Below, one piece after another: positions 50,963 through 64,000 of a stretch of DNA of 64,000 nt; positions within the stretch are counted from its first letter, which is position 1; each line of letters begins with the position of its first letter. Source of the stretch: Octopus sinensis (lineage: Eukaryota); assembly GCF_006345805.1 (NCBI RefSeq), contig NC_043007.1, positions 38,378,001-38,442,000 on the forward strand, in the 5' to 3' direction. The notes beneath the pieces are model-generated. The model made no database searches, was not told where the DNA came from, and saw only the letters and a list, made by a program, of their open reading frames with translations. Position numbers and translations under genes: made by a program.

Positions 50963-53048
50963 AGGTATTGTTTACATCTGTATGTGAATTTAAATCAGCC
51001 AAACTTTGCTTGCTGTTCTTCCAAGGTTTATAAAATATGTGCTGGTTACATGTAATAGACTAAATATAATCAAATATATCCTCAAAGCCATGTCCCTGCA
51101 AAGCCATAGTCCAGAATACAGTAAAACAACATGTCTAAACATCAAATCAAGATGGGATACCTTGCTATGGTCAGAACTGGTCACTTGGTAGCTGGGTTGC
51201 TGAAGAATTATTCCAATGAAACTGTGGAAGCAAAAGGTTCAGTGAAAGCATATAGACATTGATGCATAATCCAAGAGAGAAATTCTGTATTAGTTTAACT
51301 AATAGCATCTAAGTAATAGATACACGGCTCGATTCAAACCACACCAATTGACTTTCTTGATTCATTTTTAATCTCAAATTGGTGTTTACACATGTACAAT
51401 GTGAAACATTGTTCTATATTTAAATCTTAACAAAATATGTATGAACATATATGCATGTATGTGTGTGTGTGTATATATTTCTTTCTTTCTATATATATAT
51501 ATATAGACAGCAGTGAGCTATGTTTTACCAAAAGGGAAAACTATAATTGTCACTAAATATTGCTAGAAATAAGAGCTAAAATGCTTTAATGCTGTAGTCA
51601 AAGCATTTGAGCATTTTAGCTCTTATTTTTAGCAATGTAGGTGTTTCTAACACCCTTGTCATATTTAGTGACAATTATATATATATATACATATATAGTA
51701 TTTAACAGTGGAACTTGAAGTAGATAAAGCTAAAAATATTAGCATGTAGAATATTGGGTTAAAAAACACTTGGATTGGCAGCCTTCAACTTTTTCCATCC
51801 AATGGTGTCTTTTAACTCAAAATTTTACAGTTATACACAGCTTTGTGTTCCACTGTTTAAATCAATTTATTTCATATCTCTTGAGGCTTCTAAATTCTTA
51901 TGATGTTAGTAATATATATACATATATATGTTTGCGTGTACATGTATGTATATGCATATGTATGTGTGCATGTATATATATTTTTATTATATACTTTCGC
52001 ATTTATAAATGAGAGAAAAAGTACTCAATACATGTATTAGAGTATATTCCTTTATTTGAAGCTGTAGCTTCACGCCATCACTGCTCTGAGTTTCCTGAAG
52101 AACGGAAACAAGAAAATCAGAGTAAATACTTACACACACACATACACACAAACACACACACACATATATATATATATAAATAGGAAGATGATGATGCTGC
52201 CAGTACCACTGAAAGGGGCGGAGACAAAAGAAAAATTATGCACATTTCATTTGCATAGTATTTGATTTATTTCCTGCTGCTACTCCTTCCCCTTACTCTG
52301 CAGATTATTATTAACTTTATTATTACTATCATCCTTCCATGTGTCGATGATACCATCTTCACTTCCAAGTTGTGTAATCACGTCCTGTTGTGGACATCGT
52401 ATTACTGTGCAAGGCACTTCGATCTTTTTCAACATCTTCTGTAAACAGAGAAGTTGTCTTCCTCATCATTTGTATTTTCTTCTTGCACTGCCCCAACATA
52501 TTGGGCTCATATAGCCAAAGAAAGAAATCATTATTATAATTACCATCATCATTATTATTATTATTATTATTATGTTAGAAATCAATATTTTGTTTGCTGT
52601 CAGTAATTTCTCATTTCCATCATCATAATTCCTATTAGTGTGTGTGTGTCTATATAAATGCTTATTTGTTTATTTAGGGTTGTTATTTTAATGCAATTTT
52701 AAAAACAGATAATTTACTAATCGGGTGACCCAGTACTCAAAGTGGAGTCAAATTTTTCTTTAAAATTCATTTTGATTGTTTGCATGATAGCATATTCAAT
52801 CAGATTGGTTGAACGAGCTGTCAGGCAAAACCTAAAGTCCTTTGCATGCATGTGTATGTGTGTGCATAAGTGCATGTGTGTAAGAGAAACTCTTATTAGG
52901 GTACTCACCAACACAATTCAAAACTCAACAATTGTTGCTGTTTAATTAGTGTTTTTGTTTGTTTATTAGTTTTGTTGTAGATGTTCAGAGGCAAGGTCCA
53001 TATGAGATCAATGCTAACTATACATAAAGGAGAGATTTTGCATTATTG

Positions 53049-53082
<34 letters not shown>

Positions 53083-53769
53083 GAATTGTTAAAGCATCAG
53101 ACAAAATACCTTAAGATATTTGTTCCGGATCTTTCATCCCTACAGGGGTTAATAAAATAAAGTACTGGTTGAGTACTTGATTTAATTGACTAATTGACTA
53201 ACTCCAGCCTCTCCCGATTTTTAGGCCTTGTGCCTATGAAAGAAGCATTATCATTATCATCATCATTATTTTCCTATAATTTTTGTTTTAAAAAAAAATG
53301 CTTAAATAAAAAAAAGAAGAGTAATTTGTAGTTTTATTTTTGTTTCAATTAATTCCTTTTTTTTTAAAGAGAGTGGGAGAGTGTAAGAGAAAGAGAGAGA
53401 GAAGGGAGAGCGGAATTGGTGACAAACAGCAAACAAGCAATGGAGGAAAAAAACAAAACAACAAAAAAAAAACAAATTTATAAACAAAACAAAAACACAA
53501 ATAAGAATTTAAAAATAACAATAAAACATAACCCAACCACTACGGTGGAAATTATTTCATTATTTAAACAATTTACAGCTGATTTACTGGGTTGTTTTCC
53601 TTTTTCCCTTTTTCTTTTTACAAAAAAAAAAAGACCTTAAAGCATAGAATTTTGGAAGTTGAATAAAAAAAAATCCAAATGTGGTCTATTTAGGGATTTA
53701 AAAATTTGAAACCTGCATTGAAATAACAAATTTGATAAATTCTCATTGTATGACTGTGTGCATACATAA

Positions 53770-53802
<33 letters not shown>

Positions 53803-54945
53803 GTATGTATTCATATATATATGTATATGTGTGTGTGTGTGTATATATATATATATGCATATATGTGTGTGTGTATAAAGAGAGAAAGAAAGAGAGAGAT
53901 AATTCAATGACCTGCTATTACCCAGTTGGCTACGAACTGTTTCATGCAGTTATGTTCTTCGAAGCCTGATGAGTGTTTTCACACAACTACAACATAACTG
54001 CATGAAACAATTCCTTAGCCAAATGCATGCCAATAGGCTTATTGTATTACATTAAACTCTTACTGACCTGGTATTGAGTGCTTTTGTATCATGTCAAACA
54101 CACACACATACACACACACACCACACATACACATGTAATATATCACCAGACTTGGAGGGCCTGCAAACATGGACCAACGCCGTGCTCCTAATTAAACCAT
54201 ATATATTATATATATTTTAAATAAAATAGAAATAAAAAATTAAATACAAAATATGTGATTAAAAATACAACTATATAACAAAAAAAATTCTTAGGTGTGT
54301 TTCCATTAAAATTTTCAAACTTGTAAATTTCACTTCTTTCCTTTTTTCGTTTTTAAAATCATAATCATTCCATTAACAAGGCAAAAGCTGTTAGATCCAA
54401 ATACAGGATATTCATTTACGTACCACCCAAATGATAAAAAAAAAAAAAAAAATGAAGTGGAGTCAACAAGTTTGAAGCACTCAGAAACAAAAAACAAAAA
54501 CATTTACCACACACACACACACATCACACAAAGAAATATTCTCCATACATGTATGCATGCAGAAGCACATACAATGTGTGTGTGTGTGTGTGTGTGTGGC
54601 TGTGTGTATGTATAACTCACAATAGTTGTAGTACTTGAATTAAAATTTGATATCTCATTTTCCAGTATATTTCTCTAAAGTGTTCATTTACTTACTTTTG
54701 TGAGAAACAAACGAACATTAAACAAAACAAGAAAATATATTAAAAAAAAAAAGAATTCAGTGACAGTATGCTCATCTTACAGTGCCTATATGTGTGTTTG
54801 TGTGTGTACATATATAACATATTTGTCTATGTTACTTAAATATGCCACTGGCCACTTTGAGTTATTTCTCTTAGCTCATTTTTGCGTGTATGTGTATGTG
54901 TATATATATATATATATACATATACACATATATGTGCGTCTGGGT

Positions 54946-54976
<31 letters not shown>

Positions 54977-55859
54977 CATACACATGCATAAATTTCTGTG
55001 TATACATGTATGTGTGCAAGTATATATATACATACTAGAATAGTAATCAAATTCTATTTAGGTTATTCATCACCAGGTTGACTAGGGAATGACATGGAAA
55101 ATGAACAGTGAAAAAAAAAATTATAATCCTTATTATTAGTATTAATTGCGGTGGATGGCAGAAACAGCAGAGCAGCAGATTAAATGCCTTGCGGTATTTA
55201 GTTACATCCCTTTAGGTTCTGAGTTCAAACCTCAACAAGTTCGATCTTGCCCCTTGCCTTTTTCTTTTTTATTCAAAGACACTGACCTTTCTGATAAAAT
55301 GCCAGAAGAGGTGCTGTGGAAGATCAACCAAGCTGACTTTATCCTTCCCACCAAAGCTTGTGACCTTTGCGCCAATGTTAGAAATCATCATCATCATCAT
55401 CATTAATATTATTATTTTCATGTTATTGTTACAGTGTTAAATTGCAGATTGTAAAAAAAAAAAAAAAAAAGACAAAAGATACAGGGTTTTAATCCAATCC
55501 AATCCAATCAAGACATCGCATTTTTTTTTTTACTTTTTTTCATTTTTTCCAGTTTGTTAAAATTTAAATCATCCTCACTTTTGTTCTCTCCCTCTCTTTC
55601 TTTCAATGTTCTTTCTTCTTGTCTTGTTTAAGTCTTTTTTGTTTTTTTATAAATCATTACCACCATCATCATCATTGTTAAATTTTTTTTAATTTCATTT
55701 TAAATTTTTTTTAGGGGAGGGGGTATTTTTCTTCCAAATAATTTTTTGTTAAATTATTATTATTATTAATATTTTATTATTATCATTATTATTATTAATA
55801 TTATTATTATTATTATATTTTTCTTCCTGTTGCTTGGTTTTTTTTGGGTTTTTTTTTTG

Positions 55860-56096
55860 TTAAAATAATTCTGCAGTTGCTGCAGATGCGCTAAGATAGC
55901 TTCCCAAGCTACTTCTACTGCCATGATAGGAGAACTGTGAAAAATAGGGTAACTCGAACTCATCTTCTTCAATAGCCTCAAGGGGTGGAGTTATTGTCTG
56001 CGGTGGAGTGAGAGCAACGGGCTCACGGGCAAATTCCTCAGGGATGTATTTTGTATCATCAGCAGATTTCACATCTGGTCGCCATGGTGGTGTAAT
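55860..56096 (-). CDS. AKT: AKT/PKB terminal coding exon (AGC C-tail)
   Basis: ttgcag acceptor; ITPPWRPDVKSADDTKYIPEEFAREPVALTPP...ELPYFSQFSYHGSRSSLGSYLSASAATAELF-stop, with the turn motif (LTPP) and hydrophobic motif (FSQFSY). Confidence 0.95.
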   Translation of the reverse strand: MTPPWRPDVKSADDTKYIPEEFAREPVALTPPQTITPPLEAIEEDEFELPYFSQFSYHGSRSSLGSYLSASAATAELF

Positions 56097-56905
56097 CTGC
56101 AAATGGAAGGAAAGAAATTAATAAACACATACACACACATATATGGACAGTGGATTGATAAAACTGTTGGTGTTAGATGAGACGCTCTACAAGAACGATT
56201 ACAACTTCCTGCCTTCTGATGACAACACCAGTGCCAAGCTGTATCAGCCCTTCCCTTGCATTTCTCTCGAACAATATTTATAACATAGAGATGAGAGACT
56301 TATGTACAGGAATCAGCAGGTAAAGCATCTTCTTTAACCCTTTTGTTACCAAATTCCTGTCAGCCTGCACTGATTTTGTTGAATTTAATTTTGGAAATAA
56401 TAAAGAATTTAGTAAATAAAATAACTTTTCGTTATCTTTTAGTTAGTGTTTGGAACAAATTACTACGAAATTTTGATGGGCAGTTTCGAGTGGGTTGTTG
56501 TCAACGGGGACAAATCACACCCTACCATCTAAAACAGGCATGAGCAACCATTTTCAAGAAGTAAGTTGCATCAGACATGGATCATCATCAGGCAGGCCAA
56601 ACTACTTCGAAATTTCAAAGCAATTTTTTTGTTACACATAACATTCAGAAAGTCCCATGGGGCACAAGATAGCCAAGACTGATCTAAAACAAGAACGAAC
56701 ACACTTGAGAAAATTTAATTAAGATGATCATGAGCAGAATGCAGTTCATCATAGGTCAGCTGGATCAGAGTAGACCTGAGGCTAAACAACAAAACCATGA
56801 GACAAAAGATAAGAACAGAATATATTATCAGTTGAGAATTCATGGTAACTAAAATTATGTCCCTTGTCTCAGTTCACAATAAAAAAAATTGCTAACATAG
56901 CAATC

Positions 56906-57300
56906 ATCATCATCGTTTAACGTCCACTTTCCATGCTAGCATGGGTTGGACGATTTGACTGAGGGCTGGCGAACCAGATGGCTGCACCAGGTTTCAATCT
57001 TGATCTGGCAGAGTTTCTACAGCTGGATGCCCTTCCTAACGCCAGCCACTCCAAGAGTGTAGTGGGTGCTTTTACGTGCCACCGGCACAGGGCCAGTCAG
57101 GCAGTACTGGCAACGACTTCGCTCGAATCTTTTACACATGCCACCGGCACAGGTGCCAGTAAGGCGATGCTGGTACCGATCACGCTTGAATGGTGTCTTT
57201 TACGTGCCACCGGCACGGAGGCTAGATAGCCGCTCTGGCAACGATCACGCTCGGATGGTGCTCTTAACACTCTACTAGCATGGGGCTCGAGTGCCAGTAA
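56906..57300 (-). mobile_element. RTE-type 3'-tail repeat (short non-autonomous element) with internal tandem sub-repeats
   Basis: (CAT)n-GTTTAACGTCCACTTTCCATGCTAGCATGGG...GGATGCCCTTCC, then tandem ...TTTTACGTGCCACCGGCAC units. Relatives at about 48300-48722 (+), 18061-18256 (+), 16140-16245 (-) and 240-430 (+). Confidence 0.75.
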
Positions 57301-59391
57301 GGGGACAGTGTAAGTGTTAGTAAATGTATGTGCACAGATCAAGTACCTGTTATATACATCACCACTTACACTATACTAGGTAGAGCCATTGATTAAACAA
57401 CATGAATAATCTTCGTCAAAACTGACAGAGGATCCATTTAATCAAATTGGTAAGAAGTTTGATTTGCAATCACAGTTTCACACCTACTGCATGTCATCTT
57501 AGGCAGGTATCTTTTATTACAGACTTCAATCAGCCAACCTAAGCCTTGCAAAGGAAATTAGTTGGAATCTGTGTAGAAGCCTGTCAGACAGATTGGACGT
57601 ATAATTCAAAAGCCCAACCATGTCACACTGTTGTCATGCTGATTCTGCCTGAAGGAGACAGATGTTTGTCAGTTGCTTACACACGAATTCAATGTCATCA
57701 TTATCATTTTTAACACAGGAAGTCTATGGACAGATTTTTTTCTCAGATAAAAACCACATCATTATGCCTGTCAACAAGATATAAATGTTAAGTATGATAG
57801 ATAGATAAATAGATAGCTATTTAAATTTAATGCTATTCTAGTTGCGTAGACCAAGTTTTTTATTCAACCATGCAGCTATTCAGAACATCAGTGAATGTAT
57901 TATTCCGTTTCCTACATAACAGAGGCAACAAATTTCATCTTGGCAAGCAGGTGTGAGTACATGCTACTGACAAAGCCCAAAGGCTGAAATGCATCTGGCA
58001 TTCGTGATAGCCAATGCCAGGACGATTTTCCATTTCCCTCTAATATATATTGTACTTTTAACACAATATGTTTTTAAGAGATTTTATTTTGGATGTAAAC
58101 TGCAGCATCAAGCCTAACAGTAGTGAATATATTTTAATTAATGCTGTTTCTATTGAGTACATAACATTTTTATTCAGCTCAGAGACTATCCACAATATTA
58201 GTGAATATATTATTTACCATTTCTTATATATCAAGAGGGGAATATTCTAGGAATAGTCTAGGAATATTACTAGCCAGTACATGCCACTGACAAAGCTCAA
58301 GAAACCTGAAAAACATTTGACATTCTTGTGGGTCACTGCTGGAATGAGGTTTGTCTTGCTCCAATATATATTGCATTTTTAATGCAGCATGTCTATGAAG
58401 AGATTTTCTCTGAGTCAAAAACCACATCATATCTGTCAACAGTGTATATACATTATCCCTTTTGTTACCATATTTCTGTTGAGATGCTCTGTTTCTTTCA
58501 ATTAATTTTATATATAACAAAGAATTTAGTAAAATAACTTAGTTATCATTAAACTAGTGTTAGGAACATAAATCGTGACTAAGGTTTGGTGGAAGATTTT
58601 AATGCAGAACTTTTGAAAACAGGACATTTGTACTACAGAGCCAGAGGTGGTTTCAGCCGGGTTGATATCAAAAGGGTTAAGTATGATATACGGATGACAA
58701 CCATCCACATCATCACTTTAACATCCAGTTTTCCAACATGCATGGATCTGACAAAATTCTGAGGCAGATTTTCTATAGATAGACAGTATTCCTGTCACCC
58801 TCTCTTACCTGTTTGCAAGTAACGCTCATAGTCCTTTCAACATGGCCAGACACATTTTCATAAAAGATGGAAAATGAATGACACCAGTTGTATGACAGTG
58901 ACATTTATTGAAAATTACCACACAATGTCAAGGATACATACACACACATTACAGACACAAAAGTGTTGTGAAGTGACAGATGATAAAAGGGGCTTTCAAC
59001 AGTAAAAATCACACTGCCAAACAGATGGAATAAATAGATGTAGATTCTGCAGGGTGTACACAGGCAGTCCATCTAAGGAAATGATAACCCTTAGTTAAAG
59101 AAAAAAATTCCAAAGAAACCCATTAGTCCTGATGACATATGAGAGGCTTTATAGTTTTCTATTTTCTAAATTCACTCACAAGGGTTTGACTGGCTTAGGT
59201 ATTTAGTAGAAAAAAACATTTGCCCAAGGTGCCATGAGGAGGGATTGAACCTAAAACCTGTGGCTGTGAAGACAGTACTGTAACATATGCCAGAAAGAAG
59301 AAAGTAAGGTATTTAAGATTTTAAGATTCAAGATTTACAGCAAATCAGGGAAGGATAAAAGAAATTGTTATGCCCTATGTTCAAAGTTTAC

Positions 59392-59479
59392 CTTTTTCTC
59401 AAGAAGTTCATGCCAATGAACAGGGGCAAAGAATTGGTGAGCCATTATTTCTTTGACATCGTCTTCACTTCCACCAAGC
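59392..59479 (-). CDS. AKT: AKT/PKB exon, end of kinase domain
   Basis: ttgtag acceptor; (R)LGGSEDDVKEIMAHQFFAPVHWHELLEKK; donor GTAAAC; 88 nt; phases match both neighbouring exons. Too short for the ORF track. Confidence 0.95.
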
Positions 59480-59774
59480 CTACAAGGAAAAATAAAACAA
59501 ATAAAAAGCACATATAGGCAGCAATCAAGTGCAGTACAAAGTTTAAATTAGTCTGTTCATTTTATCATGTTGCATTCAGTTTTACAAGCTAGCAAAAGTG
59601 AGACAGATTTGGAAAAATTTGGACATTTTTTTATTATTCTTGTAAAGAGAAAAAAGTGCAATTATTCTACAGTATCAGTTTCCTCCAGTTCAATACCAAG
59701 CAGATTCTATTAAGGTCACTAAAGGCTCTCTATGGATAAGATTTGTTACATATACAAATGCATACATATGTACA

Positions 59775-60620
59775 TATATAAGTCAAAAGCTTTCAAAGTG
59801 GGAGTTAGACTTTGGCAAGGATGTGTACTGTCACATCTCCTTTTCATAATTGTTATGAACTGGATTGACTTGCACATCCATTGTGGAAGTGGTATCACAG
59901 TCAGTGAGAGTAGAATTAGTTGGGTGATATTTGCAGATAACATGGTGCTACCAGACTCGTCAGAAGGTGATCTCCAGCATGCATTGAATGGGTTTGCTGC
60001 AGAGTACTGCAAGGCAAGGACGAGAATTTCTGCTACAAAAGACAGAGACATTGGTCCTTTCAAGAAAGCCTTCCCAGTGCACTCTGCATGTTAGTGGAAC
60101 ATCAGTGAGATAAGTGAAGAAGTTTAAGTATCTCAGGACCATATTTAGAAGTAATGGAAGGCCAGCTCCAGCATTTGATCCTTAGAAGAGGAGAAATTGC
60201 TAAAAAAAAAAAACTTGCCATCTTCAATTCAGTTTTCATGCCTCCTCCACCTCCCACCTATTCAGGAATGGTGGGTGATGACTGAAAGAATATGATCATG
60301 AATACAAGTGGCTGAAATGGGCTTCCACCTAAGGATCTCTGGAGTAACATTACTTGACAGAGTACAGTAGCCTGGAGCTCAGGGAGTCTCTCCAGGTTGA
60401 GTCACTACTTCTTTGCATTGGGAGGTCACAGTTCTGGCACCACAGACATGCAATTAGAATGTTGCAGGAAAAAAATCACAAGATGGATTCTTCAATCTAA
60501 GCTAACCGTCAGGAGACATACAGACAGATTAAGAATGAGATGGTTGGATAATATCCATAGTTTCAATTGGTCACTGCTGAGAATCCGACCCAAAAAGTCT
60601 AATGACAGTTGCTTCTGATA
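59775..60620 (+). mobile_element. Decayed RTE-clade LINE fragment in an AKT intron
   Basis: FKVGVRLWQGCVLSHLLFIIVMNWI...IFADNMVL...FKYLRTIF...RMRWLDNI; frameshifts and stops. Confidence 0.8.
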
Positions 60621-60688
60621 GGACCCTATGGAGGAGGTGCCTGAGGACTCTAATCTCACAACTCTCCTAGGAATAGTGGACAGATATA

Positions 60689-60727
<39 letters not shown>

Positions 60728-61490
60728 ACTTCAAAATTTCGGCACAAAGCCAGCAATTTCAGAGGAGGAACAAGTCAATTATATCTTCCCCAGTGCTCTA
60801 CTGGTACTTATTTTATTTTTATCACCCCTGAAAGTATAAAAGACCAAGTCAACCTTGACAGAATTTGAACTCTGAACATAAAGACAGACAAAATGCCACT
60901 AAGCATTTTGCCCAGCATGCTAACAATTCTACCAGCTCACCTTATATATATATATATATATATATAACCATGGCTATTTACTTCACTTCTAGTCATAATA
61001 TTGTTTTGCTTTGCTTTTATTCCTCATGAGTTTAGTAATGAGATCAATATGTTTTTCAACATGTGATGAAGCATGTGAGTATTAGTATACCTTGGCACAG
61101 ACCCTAAACTCTTCTTGGAATCATAGAGACATCACTGTAAGATAATGTGACTTGGACATACTGAAACCTAACCGAGACCATCCTTCTCAAGATCTGAACA
61201 CACCCAATTTCTTCCAGAAAGGGAGAAGAACTAACTCTAGTACTGGACTGGAACTTTACTTATTGAGTTCTGAAAGGATGGAAGGCAAAGTTGATCTCAG
61301 CAGATTTTGAACTCAGAAAGCATGTGTATGTGTGCATGCATTGTTGGAGAGAAGTACAGCTGCTGATTGTTACTACATGCCAAATAGTACCAAGTCAATG
61401 TTGGTGATGCTAGTGGTATTTATTTCTGTGACTGAATAAAAACAAAACAAAACAAAACATTTTTAAAAATCTGAAAAAATTCGAACTCAC

Positions 61491-61705
61491 CTTTTTGATG
61501 GGTCTTTGATGAGAAGGCCATCTAATAAGGATTTGGCTTCTTCTGAAAGGGTTCGAGGAAATCGTATGGGCTGTAGAATGATTAGTTCAAACAGCTTGTC
61601 ATGGTCACGATTATAAAAAGGTAACCGACCACACATCATTTCATACATAACAACTCCCGTCCCCCACCAATCCACAGCTCTCCCATAGTCATTGTCTTCA
61701 AGTAC
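61491..61705 (-). CDS. AKT: AKT/PKB kinase-domain exon (subdomains IX-XI)
   Basis: [71 protein letters not shown](R); acceptor ctttag, donor GTGAGT; 215 nt. Confidence 0.96.
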
Positions 61706-63239
61706 CTAAAGAAAGAGATAAAACACTAAGTTGAAATGAAGTGAAACAAAAGAGAAAAATATACATAATTTCATTATTTACTTGGTGATTAGCATTCATT
61801 TTAATACGCTGGGATATTTATGTTTTGTTATATATAAAAGAGTCTCATATGTTTGGTATTTTTTCATAAATAGAAATATCCATATGTGGATCATGAACCC
61901 TGCTGACTTCAAGAGATCAGAGAATGAGAATTGTGATGATCATGATTGTTTCAAGGCATAAATAATGTAACTGAAATAAGTTACAACCAGAAATAGAACT
62001 TGGATCCAAAATTTGGTTTGCTGGTACCTTACAAGCTATGACCGCAGTGCCTGGCATTGTAGTATGTGTAGTGAACGACTTGTGCTAGACAAAGGAAGAC
62101 TACATTATGTGATGCAGCAAAAAAATTAGAAGTTTGGTTCCGGAAAACTAGACGCACCACCAATTATCCAATACTTTTCAGTTCAGACTACACCAGATCA
62201 TCTGTTTTGTCAGATTAACAGAAGGCACATAACAGTAATTCAAGGTAAATACCTGAAATACTGCTGACACAGTATCAATAATCTTTTTGCTATTAAATTT
62301 TCAGGGCACACTTGTTTATTCACTAGAAACAGGTTATAAAAATTAGAAATATTTTCAAATCTTTCAGCCATAATAATCTGAAGATGCAAATATTTAAAAC
62401 AAAATCTAATGTTATGCACTACGCTTCTAACCACTAGGACCCCACAGGACTATAAAGGGTTAACATTTACTTTTTCGTCTTTCATACTGGGATGCTATAT
62501 TCTCCACAATATACGCAAGTTATTTATTAACCTGTTCTTCACAGAGAGAAGATCCTTCACAGGTTAGCATTTGTTGTTAAATTTAGTTTTAAATATTTGC
62601 ATCTTTATGTTATTACTAGCTGACATAACTGGTAATTTCTGGGAAAGCAGGGCTTATCCCTTGGTTCTGTTCTCATAATTATTTCGCTAATCCAATAACA
62701 ACAATATAAAGTATGTAGCCCTTAAAACAGTTTCTGTGCATTTACAGAGTATACCGAACTGTCCTACACAGGATCTTGTTTTTACGAATTCCCAATAAGA
62801 TATGAATACCCAAATTGTGAAGTCAGATATGTAATAACATAAAATTAGTTACTTGATAGTAAGAATTCAAATAAAGTAGCCCTAAAAAAGGCTCTAATGC
62901 ATTCCAAGAGTATATAGAACTGAGGAGGAAATACTAATAAGGTATGTATACTAAAATTATGAAGCATGTTACATAATAACAGGCTAATCAGATATGAGAT
63001 AATAACAATTCAAAGTAAATAACTCTGAAAAGGGATTTTGTGTGTTCCCAGAGAATATTATTCTTAACAGCGCTAGTGTTGGTATATTCGTGAATAAGTC
63101 ACTAACCAAAATAAGTGGGTCTACTGTTTAGGAAAATATCATTTACTTGTTTAAGGGTTGTACTGGATAAATTGCAAAAATAACTCGAACAGTTCAAATA
63201 CTAAGAAATAATAATACTCAATTTTATTTATACCAAATA

Positions 63240-63520
63240 ATTTAGGAAAATGAATGGGTTATTTCCTTTGGCTGTTAAAATCTGAGCGAATGGGTTATTT
63301 CCCTTGGCTGTTAAAATGAAATATATGATATATATAAGGATCCCTTCTAGGGGCCCTATTATCGTTTTTTTTTCAACAATCTGAGTATGCCATGAGGTTT
63401 CCAGACACGAGTTCTACTCATGTGTCAAGTTTCATGAAAATCGGTAAAGCAACATAGGAGGAGTTAGCCAACAACTCGGCAAACATACCCACAGACAGAA
63501 TTTCCCACATATTTAGTAGA
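63240..63520 (-). mobile_element. Probable Helitron-like element, 5' part
   Basis: Minus-strand start A|TCTACTAAATATGTGGG...TCTGTCTGT; caagtttcatgaaaatcggt-type sub-terminal sequence; 3' end not identified. Confidence 0.4.
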
Positions 63521-64000
63521 TAGCTAGGTGTAGGGAGAGTGTTTCCATCTCCAAAAGTTATAAGTTAATAAAGAAATTTGTGTCATGAAAGCTTGACAAC
63601 AACAAAGTTATTTATTAATGGCCACAGGAAATTTCAATGTGCTATCACATCTGAATAAAAAGAGGTACCAGATCAATTGCCAGAAAATCAGTAATGTACC
63701 AGTAGTATGTTCAGGTAGATCTTATAACAGAAAAAAGTCATTTCACTTTTTGAGTTGTTTTCACTGTCAGGATTTCAGTGGCCTGCAGACAGATGCATAA
63801 CCACTAGAGTAAATCACTTTAGCAGCAGATAATAACAGCCACTACAGAGTAGCTATTCAGATTGTCTTACAGCAATCATTTCAGCTATACAACTTACTGA
63901 CAATAACACAATATCTTGATGTTACAGCATATTGCAAGTTATTGAACAATGCACAAAATTAATGCCACAAGTCCAATTGCTGCTTAACTGGATAGCTACA

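Noticed and set aside
52085-52125. CTGAAGA...GAAAC as a hammerhead
   Set aside because: No room for stem II and no stem III or NUH; better read as a simple hairpin (CTCTGA/TCAGAG, GTTTCC/GGAAAC).
57060-57300. Repeat-spacer-like pattern (also 3859-4140) as a CRISPR array
   Set aside because: Eukaryotic context, degenerate tandem sub-repeats without unique spacers, and no cas genes.

Overview
AT-rich, microsatellite- and repeat-dense animal DNA. The repeat families and gene structures suggest an octopus or other coleoid cephalopod (inference). Three protein-coding genes are supported. (1) A complete 5-exon ARL2 on + (CDS 22265-33379, 184 aa) whose first intron has U12 (minor spliceosome) signals. 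(2) The first coding exon of a PX-domain RPS6KC1/SNX15-like gene on -, head-to-head with ARL2 (start codons about 0.6 kb apart). (3) The last three exons of an AKT/PKB kinase on -, tail-to-tail with ARL2. The rest is transposon debris: tRNA-derived SINEs, CR1, RTE and RLE-type LINE fragments, mariner/maT relics, piggyBac- and hAT-like MITEs, and non-autonomous Helitrons. Top findings: Penelope-type minimal hammerhead ribozyme motifs inside long fold-back palindromes (one with a canonical core, one with a G3-C8 compensatory core), the U12 intron, and apparent ancient linkage of ARL2 with SNX15/RPS6KC1 and AKT. All analysis was by eye, so repeat boundaries are approximate and family names are tentative.
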